NCBI GenBank assembly: GCA_040754655.1
Contig: JBFMCE010000047.1
Location: forward strand, 1-31,866
DNA length: 31,866 bases
Reading direction: 5' to 3'
Source of the DNA: Bdellovibrionota bacterium
GTDB taxonomy: Bacteria > Bdellovibrionota > UBA1018 > UBA923
Part shown: positions 9,047 through 18,866 of the stretch, piece after piece
Layout of the letters: the number at the start of each line of letters is the position of its first letter
How positions within the stretch are numbered: the first letter of the stretch is position 1
Notes under the pieces: generated by a model
Databases searched by the model: none
Seen by the model: the letters and a program-made list of their open reading frames with translations, nothing else
Told to the model about the DNA's origin: nothing
Translations under genes and position numbers: made by a program

Positions 9047-10417
9047 TCATCCTAACAACGGCTTCGTGCCCGTCATCGCCGCCATGTCATCAACTTCCTT
9101 CGGCACGCCCGAAGTCAATACCTCACAACCCTCTGGCGTGATCAGAACGTCGTCTTCAACTCGAATTCCGATGCCACGATACTTATCGGGGACCTGGTTG
9201 TCATCGAAAAGCACATAAAACCCAGGCTCGACGGTAAACACCATTCCAGGCTGAAGTTTCCTCGGTTGACCATCGGTCTGATAGAGCCCCACATCGTGCA
9301 CGTCCATGCCGAGAAGATGTCCTGTGCCATGCGGATAATAACGTTTGTAGGCGAGGGTCTCGACGAGCTTCTTGCGATCACCGCTTAAGAACTTCAACGT
9401 GACCATTGCGTCGGTCAATTCCTCGACCGCGAAATTGTGGATGTTCACAAGCGTAGCACCCGGCTTGGCCATCGCGACGCACTCTTTTTGGACTTTGAGC
9501 ACGATGTCGTAAAGCTCGCGCTGAGGAGCCGTCATTTTTCCATTCACCGCGAACGTGCGCGTGATGTCTGAGGTGTAATAATCGCATTCAGCCCCGGCAT
9601 CGAGCAGCAGCAAATCGCCATCTTCAAGACGCCTGCTGTTTTCGATGTAATGCAGGATCGTCGCATTATGACCGCTTGCAACGATTGAGTTGTAACCCAT
9701 CCTCGTTGCACCATGAAATCGGAAGAAGTATTCAACCATGGCCTCGACTTGATACTCATAGAGCCCAGGTCTGCAGCGCTGAATGATTTCGCAATGAGCA
9801 TTTGCGGTGATCTGGCTTGCTTTACGCAAACGGTCTATTTCATCTGGGCTCTTCAAAAGACGCATTTCGCCCAAGATCTCATGAGGATCATAAATGGGCA
9901 GCAATCCGCGCCCCGAACGCCCAAATCCTTTTCGATGGTCCTCGATCATCCGCGGGATTTTCGCGTCAAGGTACTCGACACCGTTGTAATTCAACGTTTT
10001 ATGCAATCCATAATAGACACGCTCGGCACCATGCAAAAGCTTTGGCATCTGCGCATCGAAATCATCCACTGAATAAGAACGGTCCGCGCCTAACTTTGAG
10101 ACCGCTCCGTCAACCCCTGTGCGATAACCAGTCCAAATTTCCTGCGCCAAGTCTTTCGGGCGGACGAACAAGATAAATTCTTTTTTCCCGCCTACCGCTC
10201 TGAAAACCGCGATTGCATCGGGCTCTTCAAATCCAGTGAGGTAATAAAAATTCGAATCTTGCCTAAACTTGAAATGAACGTCGTTGTTTCGAACCAACTC
10301 AGGATGAGCCGGAATAATCGCAACTACATTCTCAGCGCCTTTTAAAAGCTCTGAAAAAAAATGCTGTCGGCGCGCCGCGTAAGGAATAGATCTCAGTTTT
10401 TCAGTTGAATTCGCCAT
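9047..10417 (-). CDS. pepP: Xaa-Pro aminopeptidase (M24B)
   Basis: FRQDSNFYYLTGFEEPDA, EIWTG, LLLDAGAE..YYTSDITRT, HGTGHLLGMDVHD, TVEPG and GIRVEDD. AAGGAG RBS. Confidence 0.95.
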   Translation of the reverse strand: MANSTEKLRSIPYAARRQHFFSELLKGAENVVAIIPAHPELVRNNDVHFKFRQDSNFYYLTGFEEPDAIAVFRAVGGKKEFILFVRPKDLAQEIWTGYRTGVDGAVSKLGADRSYSVDDFDAQMPKLLHGAERVYYGLHKTLNYNGVEYLDAKIPRMIEDHRKGFGRSGRGLLPIYDPHEILGEMRLLKSPDEIDRLRKASQITANAHCEIIQRCRPGLYEYQVEAMVEYFFRFHGATRMGYNSIVASGHNATILHYIENSRRLEDGDLLLLDAGAECDYYTSDITRTFAVNGKMTAPQRELYDIVLKVQKECVAMAKPGATLVNIHNFAVEELTDAMVTLKFLSGDRKKLVETLAYKRYYPHGTGHLLGMDVHDVGLYQTDGQPRKLQPGMVFTVEPGFYVLFDDNQVPDKYRGIGIRVEDDVLITPEGCEVLTSGVPKEVDDMAAMTGTKPLLG

Positions 10418-10489
10418 AGTGACTCCTTAGCAAATGCGCTATAAAAAGACTAGGTTCTGTCAAACTCAAGCCGCATCTAGGAGAAAGCC

Positions 10490-11146
10490 ATGTCACAAAA
10501 AAGCCGACCAAACTTGATCATTTGGGATCTCGATGGAACACTGGTAAATAGCCTGCCCTCAACCTTAAACGCATTCAATGACGGACTTGAGCCCTATTTG
10601 GGGCGGCGCATGACTTTTGATGAAATCATGAGCCATTTCGGGCCTTCTGAAGAAAAAATCATCGCCAAAATCGTCGGAGAAGAACTCGCCGATGAGTGCT
10701 ACCAGAAGGTACTGGCCTCAACCGCGCAACGCTTGAGTGATGTGATCCCCCATGACGGCATTTTAGACGCCCTCGATGAGATCAAAACGTTGGGTTACCG
10801 TTTTGGAATCTTCACCGGACGCGGACGCAAGACCACCGACATTATCTTGGATCATTTAGGCCTGCGCTCGAGATTTGAGGAAATCGTCACCAACACCGAG
10901 GTCGAGCACAACAAGCCTCATCCTGAAGGCATTTACAAAATTTGCAAGAAAACCGGAATTCCACCATCTCAGGCGATTATGGTTGGAGATTCGCCCATGG
11001 ACATCCAAGCAGGGCGCACGGCGGGCACGCTCACCGTGGGTTGCGCGTGGGATGAACTTGCAGACCGCGATGCACTAGGAAAAGCAAACGCGAATCATGT
11101 CTTGAACCATCCGTCTGGTTTCAGTGCTTGGCTCACTGAACGGTAA
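10490..11146 (+). CDS. HAD-IA hydrolase (Gph/PpaX-like phosphatase)
   Basis: WDLDGTLVNS, IFTG, KPHPEG and MVGDSPMDIQAG. AGGAG RBS. Its 3' end overlaps the convergent FecR gene by 14 bp. Confidence 0.9.
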   Translation: MSQKSRPNLIIWDLDGTLVNSLPSTLNAFNDGLEPYLGRRMTFDEIMSHFGPSEEKIIAKIVGEELADECYQKVLASTAQRLSDVIPHDGILDALDEIKTLGYRFGIFTGRGRKTTDIILDHLGLRSRFEEIVTNTEVEHNKPHPEGIYKICKKTGIPPSQAIMVGDSPMDIQAGRTAGTLTVGCAWDELADRDALGKANANHVLNHPSGFSAWLTER

Positions 11147-12131
11147 CGCTTAGGTGTACTAAATTTCCTGCTGGCGGCGTTGAGGGCGGGAGAGGTGGCA
11201 TCGGAGGCCTGTCCGAAAGGAACTCAGGCACAGCGGATGTTCTCATCGGTTGCGATGGCGGCGGCAACGCGACATCGCCCGTAAGAAGATTCGAAAGATT
11301 GGCAAGCGCCTGGGTGGGTTGTCCTCGAGAACCCGTGGTCGGAGTTAAACTGACGGCGCCCGTAAAGGTATTGTCTTCCGCTTTGACCGAACCCAAAAAA
11401 GACTGCACTTGCTCTGCGCTGACTTTTACGATCGAAGGAGAAGTACTGGCTTCACCCGTTGAGCCGGTTGCTGTCGATGCAGACGATGAGGCCACGGTCT
11501 GGGTCGGCGATTGTCCGCTAAATGCCGCCGGAGTCGCAACGATCATCTGGCCAGCGCCAACGGTTATTGGTGGACCTCCGGCGGGCGGTGTAACCTGCAC
11601 CACCCCTGAAACCACGATCAGCGCAGTAGGCGAACTTTGCGCTGCGCCTGGACTCGATGGACCTGGCGCAGCAACGATAAATTCGGTTCCACGTACCCCC
11701 ATCACCGCGTCGGCCGATCGCACTTCAACTTTTCCCCCGGGTCCTACCTTCTTTGTCACCAGGCCGCGAATTTTTCCATACAAAATCGAAAATGTTCCTG
11801 TGCGATTCTCGACGTCTTTCAACGCATAGTCGCTCACCTTAAGCGCGCTGTCGGCACCCACATCCATGATCGATTGGTCCGTGAAAAGAAGTTTGGCGGA
11901 AGAATTTTTTCCAGTCTTGATGATATCTGAGTTGAGAATAAGATCATTGGGGTTTGCAATGCGCCCTTTTTCATCGACGCTCTTTGCGATTCTCACGTCA
12001 CCGTTCACCATCGCAAGGCGACCCGCTTCGGTCTCGCCAAATGCCAGATCGCCGCTACCCAAGAAAAACACGGCCAAGGCCGTCGAGACCAGCAATCTTG
12101 AGAAGATTTTCGTTCTTTTCCTGTGTGCCAT
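11133..12131 (-). CDS. Exported FecR-domain protein with Ser/Thr/Pro-rich tail
   Basis: Signal peptide (..GDLAFG|E). FecR pattern D.IKTG.NS.AKL.FTDQS and AVMGVRGTEF, VVSGVVQV. Low-complexity C-terminal region. Confidence 0.85.
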   Translation of the reverse strand: MAHRKRTKIFSRLLVSTALAVFFLGSGDLAFGETEAGRLAMVNGDVRIAKSVDEKGRIANPNDLILNSDIIKTGKNSSAKLLFTDQSIMDVGADSALKVSDYALKDVENRTGTFSILYGKIRGLVTKKVGPGGKVEVRSADAVMGVRGTEFIVAAPGPSSPGAAQSSPTALIVVSGVVQVTPPAGGPPITVGAGQMIVATPAAFSGQSPTQTVASSSASTATGSTGEASTSPSIVKVSAEQVQSFLGSVKAEDNTFTGAVSLTPTTGSRGQPTQALANLSNLLTGDVALPPPSQPMRTSAVPEFLSDRPPMPPLPPSTPPAGNLVHLSVTVQ

Positions 12132-12223
12132 AGTACTTTAGAATAAGACCCTGTGATTTAAGGGGCAATAGATTTCATTGATTGCGCGGGACTAAATTTT
12201 CTACCCAAAAGGGGGCGGTTTAC

Positions 12224-13813
12224 TTGACCAAGAAATACAGTACCAGGGGCATCGTATTTTGGTTTACCCTGCTTGGCTTCTCTGCTCATGCGGCCCCAAA
12301 TACTTCAGAAATTGAAGTAATGCAGGCCTCAGCCACCTTGCAGTACCATTCGAAACAACATGCCCTTTGCAAAACAACCATCCAAAAAATCTTGCAGCAA
12401 GACCCCAACAACATCAATGCCCTTGAACTGCTCGCTCTTACCCAACGCGCTTTGAATGAGGAAGAAGAAGCAGCCAAAACTTACGTGCGCCTGGCGCAAG
12501 TGGGACCGCCTCCCAAAAAGGCCGCCTATCGATTCGAGCTAGGCTCTCTTCGATACAAACAAAAAAAATTCCCCCAAGCGCGCAGGCATTTTGAGCTCGC
12601 CGCCAAGGGAAATTTCAATCCCGGCACGAGCCATTTTTTCCTCGGAGTGATGAACTTCAGCTCGAAGGCCTGGAGGAAAGCGCGTCACCATTTCACGGCC
12701 TCGCTCACCTACTCTGACGGGCAGAGCATGGCGCCGGTAACGCGCTATTATTTGGCCAATACTTACACTCAGCTCGGAAAAACCGAATCGGCGGCCCGCA
12801 ATTATTACACTTCAACAAAAGAAATCGATGAAAAAGCAACGACCTCAAATCAGGGCATTGATTCTTTGACCGGCGATGTTCGAAAAAACGCTCTTAAAGA
12901 GCTCAAGAACCTTGATCAAAATCAGAGCTTCGCGACTTTAAGCATGCTCTCGCAATGGGACAGCAACGTTCAAACCAATCCCTCTGATGTCAACAATCCG
13001 GTCGCCGCTTCAAGCCAGCGCTCGCTTAAAGCCGTCTTCAGCGCAGCCCTTGGCCACTCGACTTCTCCGACGCGAACCCTTCAGATCACGCCAAGCTATC
13101 GCTTTTTCACGAATTACAATCTTCATTACCTTGCCACCGACTTCAATTTCATGAGCCATACGCCAGGGGTTTATATCTTGTACAAGCCCTACACGCGCTT
13201 CTCAGGCGGGATCAAAGCCGAAGGCACGTTTTCAATGAAGAACACGCTCACTGAAACTGACGACAGACGAGCCATGAAGTACCGCAAGTTCAGCCTTACC
13301 GGAGATATCGGACCCGTGGCCAAATACGAACTAACGCCTCGCATTATTTTGGGGGCCGAAACGACTTGGAGGCCCAAGAAGTTTTACCAAGACCCTCTCA
13401 CTGGTGACACCAGGCGCACCGGTGGCGGCGTCTTCGGCAGGCTCAGCTCGGAATTCATCTCGGAATTCAATTGGTGGAACCCTCTGCTCTATTTCAGTTA
13501 CGAATGGGATCATCCGGCTGGGAAAAACTTTCGATACCGCGCCATTGGCGCAGGCGTTTCAAACCCCGTTCCCATTACAGACAAATTCACGGTCACGGGT
13601 GTTTTTGATCTGCTGGGAAGCGACTACTACGAAACCAAGAATCCTAAACGCGATGACTTCCTGTTGTCGTACAGGGCTGTGGCCTCTTACCTGATCAACA
13701 ACAACTGGAGCGCCACCGCCGATGTTGGCTATGTCGACAACCAATCGACCGTGCTCACGAGCTTCAAATACAACCGCATCCTGGTTTCAGGCGGGGCGAC
13801 GTACTCGTTCTAA
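12224..13813 (+). CDS. TPR-repeat plus C-terminal outer-membrane beta-barrel protein
   Basis: Signal peptide (..GFSAHA|AP) and several TPR-like repeats (to about residue 220). Amphipathic strands follow DSNV, and the protein ends in TYSF (BAM-type signal). TTG start at 12224 follows an AAGGGGG RBS. Confidence 0.85.
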   Translation: MTKKYSTRGIVFWFTLLGFSAHAAPNTSEIEVMQASATLQYHSKQHALCKTTIQKILQQDPNNINALELLALTQRALNEEEEAAKTYVRLAQVGPPPKKAAYRFELGSLRYKQKKFPQARRHFELAAKGNFNPGTSHFFLGVMNFSSKAWRKARHHFTASLTYSDGQSMAPVTRYYLANTYTQLGKTESAARNYYTSTKEIDEKATTSNQGIDSLTGDVRKNALKELKNLDQNQSFATLSMLSQWDSNVQTNPSDVNNPVAASSQRSLKAVFSAALGHSTSPTRTLQITPSYRFFTNYNLHYLATDFNFMSHTPGVYILYKPYTRFSGGIKAEGTFSMKNTLTETDDRRAMKYRKFSLTGDIGPVAKYELTPRIILGAETTWRPKKFYQDPLTGDTRRTGGGVFGRLSSEFISEFNWWNPLLYFSYEWDHPAGKNFRYRAIGAGVSNPVPITDKFTVTGVFDLLGSDYYETKNPKRDDFLLSYRAVASYLINNNWSATADVGYVDNQSTVLTSFKYNRILVSGGATYSF

Positions 13814-13828
13814 TTCTGAGGTCTTTCG

Positions 13829-14473
13829 CTACAACTTCCAAGCCAAGCCGCCCAAGATCTGAAACTCGCGCGGGCTTGCTCCGTTGAAATCATCTGAGAT
13901 ATTATTGAGTCCGTGAAGATAACGCACCTCAAAATCTAAGAAGTGGTCAGAGGCCAAGATCGCCGCAAGCCCGGCTGAAGCGACTATGCTCGACGAAGCA
14001 GTTCGCGGATCACCAGGGCCGCTTACGATCAGTTCCGGCTGATACCCAATGCCGACTTCGACATCCAAACTCTTCTCGACCTCAAGCGGCAACTTTAGCA
14101 GCAGAGGAATCGCGATCGAATCATAGTTTTTCGGGGTGTTTACTCCGCCTCGGATGATCCACATCAGACCGACCTCAAATCGCGGCACTTCATAGATGAA
14201 TTTTAACGCAGCCCCAAAAGTGAATCGCATCGTCGATTGCACGTTTACGGTCGCGCTAGGAGTTTTGATCGGGGTGTAACCGGTGATCTGAGGGCCCAGC
14301 TTGAACCCGAATCGCAACTCCTGCTCACCAAAAACATCTTGATGGTATTTGGGCTCTTCACCAGAAGTCTTGTCGCTTTGTTGGCCCTCTTCTTCGGCGA
14401 AAGCACATAAGCTCAGAAAAAGGACCGCCAAAATTAAACCCAGTTTCGTCTTTTGGAAATTCAAGCGTATCAA
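13829..14473 (-). CDS. Small outer-membrane beta-barrel protein (PorT / OMP_b-brl-like)
   Basis: Signal peptide (..LCAFA|EE), FGFKLG, Y.SIAIPLLLK and DFEVRYLHGLNNI. TTG start overlaps the upstream TGA (TTGA). Confidence 0.7.
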   Translation of the reverse strand: MIRLNFQKTKLGLILAVLFLSLCAFAEEEGQQSDKTSGEEPKYHQDVFGEQELRFGFKLGPQITGYTPIKTPSATVNVQSTMRFTFGAALKFIYEVPRFEVGLMWIIRGGVNTPKNYDSIAIPLLLKLPLEVEKSLDVEVGIGYQPELIVSGPGDPRTASSSIVASAGLAAILASDHFLDFEVRYLHGLNNISDDFNGASPREFQILGGLAWKL

Positions 14474-15192
14474 AGACCCGTCCTTGATTTTAAGAACTGC
14501 AATTGAGGGTTGGTAAAGGGCCCGGCCTCGCTCACAAGCCCGCTGAGCTTGAGCACCGCTTTTCTGCCCGCCGAAACTTTCACTTTTTCATTGGTGAATG
14601 TGTTCATGATCTCTACCACGCCCTTCGCCACTTGAATCGAAAGGTCACGTTCACCGACAAGTTGCACCAAATAAAAATCGGCCGGTTCAAAGACCTGTAG
14701 CAACGCATTAGCCGTCTTGATCGAGAAAATCTCGAATTTCTCGACCTCAGGCGCCGTGATACGGACCACACCGTAGAAAAACCTAAAGATCGTCTCATCA
14801 AAGACCTGCTCAGTGACGCGCCCCACAATGGCTGGGCGAGGCTTAAAACGCAGGCGCTCAACCCCAAAAGACGTGTGCTCACCCATTTCAAGGTAAGTTT
14901 CATCTTTAAATCGAACATGCAGCCTGCTGTCTTTGGTGATGAGACGATCGCGCTCAAAAAGCCGCATCCCCAGCGCTACTCCTGCCTTCATGAGCCTGCC
15001 GGGCCTCTCGCACGAACTCACCCCCGCCGTCTTTTCCACGATCCCTATTACCGCGAGATTTTCTTTCTCTTCGTGATTGGCTTCAACGCGCGTTGTTTCG
15101 ATTTTTCGTTCCCGGGCTGAGGCGGAGTCAATTTGAACCGCTAAGATTCCTACTAGCGCAACTAAAGAAATACACTTTATTCTGCGATTCAT
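14470..15192 (-). CDS. Exported, divergent FecR-domain protein
   Basis: Signal peptide (..DSASA|RE), GM.LFE.D.L.T, V.FKDET.L.MG, IKTANA and V.KG.VEI. The usual GVRGT motif is replaced by QVFEP. Confidence 0.75.
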   Translation of the reverse strand: MNRRIKCISLVALVGILAVQIDSASARERKIETTRVEANHEEKENLAVIGIVEKTAGVSSCERPGRLMKAGVALGMRLFERDRLITKDSRLHVRFKDETYLEMGEHTSFGVERLRFKPRPAIVGRVTEQVFDETIFRFFYGVVRITAPEVEKFEIFSIKTANALLQVFEPADFYLVQLVGERDLSIQVAKGVVEIMNTFTNEKVKVSAGRKAVLKLSGLVSEAGPFTNPQLQFLKSRTGL

Positions 15193-15232
15193 ATATTAGA
15201 TAAATAATACCAACGAAAACTTTAGATCAGAA

Positions 15233-16165
15233 ATGTATACTCCGAATTGTGATATTTTTTGGGTGGGAAGCTACCCGTATAAAGACGCCCGAACCGCCTG
15301 TCGACGAGTAGCTAAAAACTCATTGATGCTACCTCATTGGCCGCAACTCCCTAAACGCTCAAAAAAAGAGAGATTCCTAGAGCAAACCGTCTCAGCCCTC
15401 GTGCACCCCGGCTCAGACGCTTTTCCCCGCGGATCGGCCTCAGGGTGGAGCCAGATGTGGCATGCAATGAAAGATTCCAGGGGGAGCTATTACAAGACTC
15501 AGGTGGCGGGCCCCATCACTTTGTTCGGAAAGTTCCACGGCTCAGGTTCGAAGGGAGCTCAAAAACTTCTCGAGAGCATCTCACTCTGGCTGCGCCACGC
15601 TTACTGGCAGATTGAAGAAATCAAAGACCATGGGCTTAAGCCCATCTTGGTCTTGGATGAACCTCTATTGCCGACTTTCATGGGCCCCTTAGGTTCAGAG
15701 CGTGCGAAAAGAACCCTCAAACTTCTCCGTTCGATCGTCAAAAGATTGCGTCGTCGGGGCGCCTTAGTAGGAGTGCATTGCTGCAACCGCATCTCTCCCT
15801 CGCTTTTGATTGATATCGGCGTTGATCTGATCCACTTTGACGCTTTTTACTTTCCGACGCAAATCATACAAGCCAGGGAAGAACTTCGGCGGTTTATGAA
15901 GGATGGCGGAGTCGTGGCGTGGGGCATCATCCCGACAAATGAAACGCTGACCTCGGAGCTGAAAGGAAAGCTTGAGAAAAATTTCGCGGGTATACTCGAA
16001 TTCATGGAATCCCGCAACCTGCCACTAAAGTCGGTTCTTGCTCAAAGCATGATCTCGCCCACCTGCGGGACGGGTTTTCTAACGGTTGATCAAAACGAAA
16101 AGATCGTGGACTTCGCAAATAGCCTCTCGCTCGAAATGAAAAAACGCTACAAACTTGGCAAATAG
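15233..16165 (+). CDS. Core (single-barrel) cobalamin-independent methionine synthase-like protein
   Basis: VGSYP, WPQLPKR, KTQVAGPITL, LDEP, Zn-ligand motifs GVHCC and ISPTCG, IHFD and VAWGIIP. Confidence 0.75.
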   Translation: MYTPNCDIFWVGSYPYKDARTACRRVAKNSLMLPHWPQLPKRSKKERFLEQTVSALVHPGSDAFPRGSASGWSQMWHAMKDSRGSYYKTQVAGPITLFGKFHGSGSKGAQKLLESISLWLRHAYWQIEEIKDHGLKPILVLDEPLLPTFMGPLGSERAKRTLKLLRSIVKRLRRRGALVGVHCCNRISPSLLIDIGVDLIHFDAFYFPTQIIQAREELRRFMKDGGVVAWGIIPTNETLTSELKGKLEKNFAGILEFMESRNLPLKSVLAQSMISPTCGTGFLTVDQNEKIVDFANSLSLEMKKRYKLGK

Positions 16166-16207
16166 CTGCGCGCTTTAGAGGCCTAGGACTGTGCTAAACT
16201 TGATCAA

Positions 16208-18226
16208 GTGCAGGCCGACATCAAACCCTCATCCCAACGCCGCAAGTACATCCTAGTCACATGCTTTTTTCTTTGCCTGATCTTGACCCTTGGTGCGTAT
16301 TTCTTGTGGACTCGCCTCAGCGCACAAATGGTTTTGGCGTGGTTCATCAAAGAAACCGGAGCCCCCATTCAGCTCAAGTCCGCAAGTTGGGACGTCAGGA
16401 TCTCTGAGCTCTTCAAGGGAAAGATCCGAAATTTAAAAATCGACCTGTTTTACGAACCGCTCGACACATCCTTTAAAATAGAAACCCCAGTCAACTTTGT
16501 TCATCAACAGAATCACTGGTCGATCCAGTTGAAACCCCTGCTCAAGACCGGAAACCTTCCAGCGGCCAAAGGCTCCATCGACCTTCAACTTGATATCGAG
16601 CGCAAGGGCTCAAAAGCGCAGGCACACGGCGCCGAGATCACCTTCCGACTCCACGAAGTAGCCCCTCTTTTGCTCACCCCGGAACGTGACGTCACGATTG
16701 CAATCGCGCGCTGGCAGCTCGACGGCGACCTCACCTGGGACCCCTTGAACCAAAACAAAGCTGAAAGATTGTATTCAGAACTCACGCTCACATTAGGCGG
16801 CATCGAGGCCGACCTCGGCGGGATTTCGTTGAGAGAACCTCAACTCAAATTTGACTCTCGACTTCATTTTGCCGGTCAGAACCTTGAAACTGTGGATATT
16901 TCCGTGGATAAGCCATTCCAGCTCAGCGCGACCGGCAAACTCACCGACGGCCATCTCAAAACACGCGTGAGTTTTAAGGCATCTTTGGATGAACTGCTCA
17001 ACAAACGCATCATCAAATGGCTTGAACCCAAAGCTCCTGATCTCTTTCTCGCAAAGGCATCGGGCACGCTTGGCATCACGGGTACGATCGATAAGCCACC
17101 TGGCAAGGAGCTAGCTGCACAAGGAAATGTAAAACTCATCGCCGAGAAGATCAGCGTTCCATTAAAAAAACTCAAAGTCCAAAACCTCAAGCTCACCGCG
17201 CCACTCAAATACCCAGCCGATGCCAACTGGGGAAGACTCTTGGTCGAGCTCATTGAATTCAATTCGGTAAAAATCAAGAACATCGACCTTACCACTCGCC
17301 TTACTCCAACCGGCATTGACCTCACGACCGAAGATGCAAGCGGAACTGATCGACCCATCCGGCAATCAGTTTGGGGAGGGATCGTTGATATCTCGAATCT
17401 ATACTCTCACATCGGGAAAGACTCTGAGCTGGTTGCAGCCGTTTTTGGAGGACCTTTCAAGATCTCAGAAATCCAGCGCGACCTTTGCATTTTTCCAAAC
17501 CGACCTGTCTCAGGCTCTCTGAGCTTCACCTATCCGCAGATCGTTCACGACCAAGATTCTCTCAAACTCGTGGGTGACCTGAATCTGACGGTATTCAATG
17601 GAACGGCACACATCGGAGATCTGAATTTGTTTTTGAAGGGCAAAAACCCGCGCCTGAGCTTCAATCTCGACTGGAACGACCTTGACCTTCATTCCATCGG
17701 CCAGTGGACGGGAATCGGCGACATGCGTGGAAGCCTTGATGGTTTGTTTTCAAAAGCGAACTTCGCGCTCACGCCTCTAGGGCCCGTCCCCCTCTCGTAT
17801 GAACTCACGGTGAAAGGGCGAGAACGCAGCGGCAAGAAAATCAGTTTCTACGGCCGCGCAGTAGACAGCATTCTTGAACTGCTTGGCAGCAGAAAAACAG
17901 AGATGCCCTGGTATGCCGCCGGGATCTTGGAAATCACGATGCTCTGGCGCAACCTCATGCCTTCAACGGTGGAATACATGGGTTTTAAAGCGGTTTCGAA
18001 TGGAGATTGGACTGAGCTAAGTACTTTTGACCCACCAGATGCCAAAAAACATTACATGCTCTACGGAACTACGTTTACAATACCTTTAGAAACACATGGT
18101 TATTACCCAGTGCGCTTAAAGAGCGCAGCTTTTCAAGGATGGCTCTGGGGAATGATTGAATACTTCAAAGGGAGATTCAAAAATGAAGCAAGCTCGGGTG
18201 AAAAGGAATGCAAGCCTCTTTGGTAA
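16208..18226 (+). CDS. YdbH/AsmA-like intermembrane bridge protein
   Basis: Single N-terminal TM anchor followed by a long beta-rich repeat body (e.g. WGGIVDISNL, FNGTAHIGDL, GDMRGSLDG). It sits directly upstream of, and overlaps, a YnbE/YdbL-like gene. Confidence 0.7.
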   Translation: MQADIKPSSQRRKYILVTCFFLCLILTLGAYFLWTRLSAQMVLAWFIKETGAPIQLKSASWDVRISELFKGKIRNLKIDLFYEPLDTSFKIETPVNFVHQQNHWSIQLKPLLKTGNLPAAKGSIDLQLDIERKGSKAQAHGAEITFRLHEVAPLLLTPERDVTIAIARWQLDGDLTWDPLNQNKAERLYSELTLTLGGIEADLGGISLREPQLKFDSRLHFAGQNLETVDISVDKPFQLSATGKLTDGHLKTRVSFKASLDELLNKRIIKWLEPKAPDLFLAKASGTLGITGTIDKPPGKELAAQGNVKLIAEKISVPLKKLKVQNLKLTAPLKYPADANWGRLLVELIEFNSVKIKNIDLTTRLTPTGIDLTTEDASGTDRPIRQSVWGGIVDISNLYSHIGKDSELVAAVFGGPFKISEIQRDLCIFPNRPVSGSLSFTYPQIVHDQDSLKLVGDLNLTVFNGTAHIGDLNLFLKGKNPRLSFNLDWNDLDLHSIGQWTGIGDMRGSLDGLFSKANFALTPLGPVPLSYELTVKGRERSGKKISFYGRAVDSILELLGSRKTEMPWYAAGILEITMLWRNLMPSTVEYMGFKAVSNGDWTELSTFDPPDAKKHYMLYGTTFTIPLETHGYYPVRLKSAAFQGWLWGMIEYFKGRFKNEASSGEKECKPLW

Positions 18227-18866
18227 AGGTTTCGGTTTGCTCGCTGCGCTGGCCTTAATCAGCTGCGTTACCGTGCATGTGAACTTTCCTGAAAGCGCTG
18301 TTCAACGCGCAGCAGATGATTTTGTTCGCGATCTCTATGGATCACCCGCTTCGGTGGCCCAAACGGATGAAGCCAATGCTGCAGATGAGGCCGCGGGCGT
18401 AAAGAAATCAGTGAAGAAGAGCACGCCCAAGAAACAAGGCAAGGTCCCGGCGGCGGCCGCTCCGGCTAGCAACTCTCCCTCAACCCCGAAAAAAGACTCA
18501 ACCCAACCTACGAGCTGGATTTTCGAAGTTTTCGTTTCATCTGCTTATGCAGGACCAGCCTCCAAGCCCAAAGAAATCACTCTAGACGAGAACCTCTACA
18601 ACGCAAAAGCGCAGGGCCATTACAAAGCGATGAAGGGCCGCGCCTCTAAAGTCGTTTCATTGAAACAAGCTGGGCTGGTTTGCGAGCAGTCTGATGGAAC
18701 GCTCAAGGAAACCTCAGACGATGATGAGGTCAAAAAGTTCATAGAGACCGAAAACTCGGATCGCAGAGGATTTTACAGCGAGGTCTCGAAAACCACCGGC
18801 CAAGACGCCCAAGCCATTTATGGCAAGAAGATCAGAGACTCAATGCCAAGCGCGGCATGCAAATAA
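18183..18866 (+). CDS. YnbE-like lipoprotein fused to a YdbL (DUF1318) domain
   Basis: Lipobox LISC (Cys28) then CVTVHVNFPESAVQRAADDFV. C-terminal LKQAGLVCEQSDG..ENSDRRGFY is the DUF1318 pattern. GGGAG RBS. Confidence 0.8.
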   Translation: MKQARVKRNASLFGKGFGLLAALALISCVTVHVNFPESAVQRAADDFVRDLYGSPASVAQTDEANAADEAAGVKKSVKKSTPKKQGKVPAAAAPASNSPSTPKKDSTQPTSWIFEVFVSSAYAGPASKPKEITLDENLYNAKAQGHYKAMKGRASKVVSLKQAGLVCEQSDGTLKETSDDDEVKKFIETENSDRRGFYSEVSKTTGQDAQAIYGKKIRDSMPSAACK

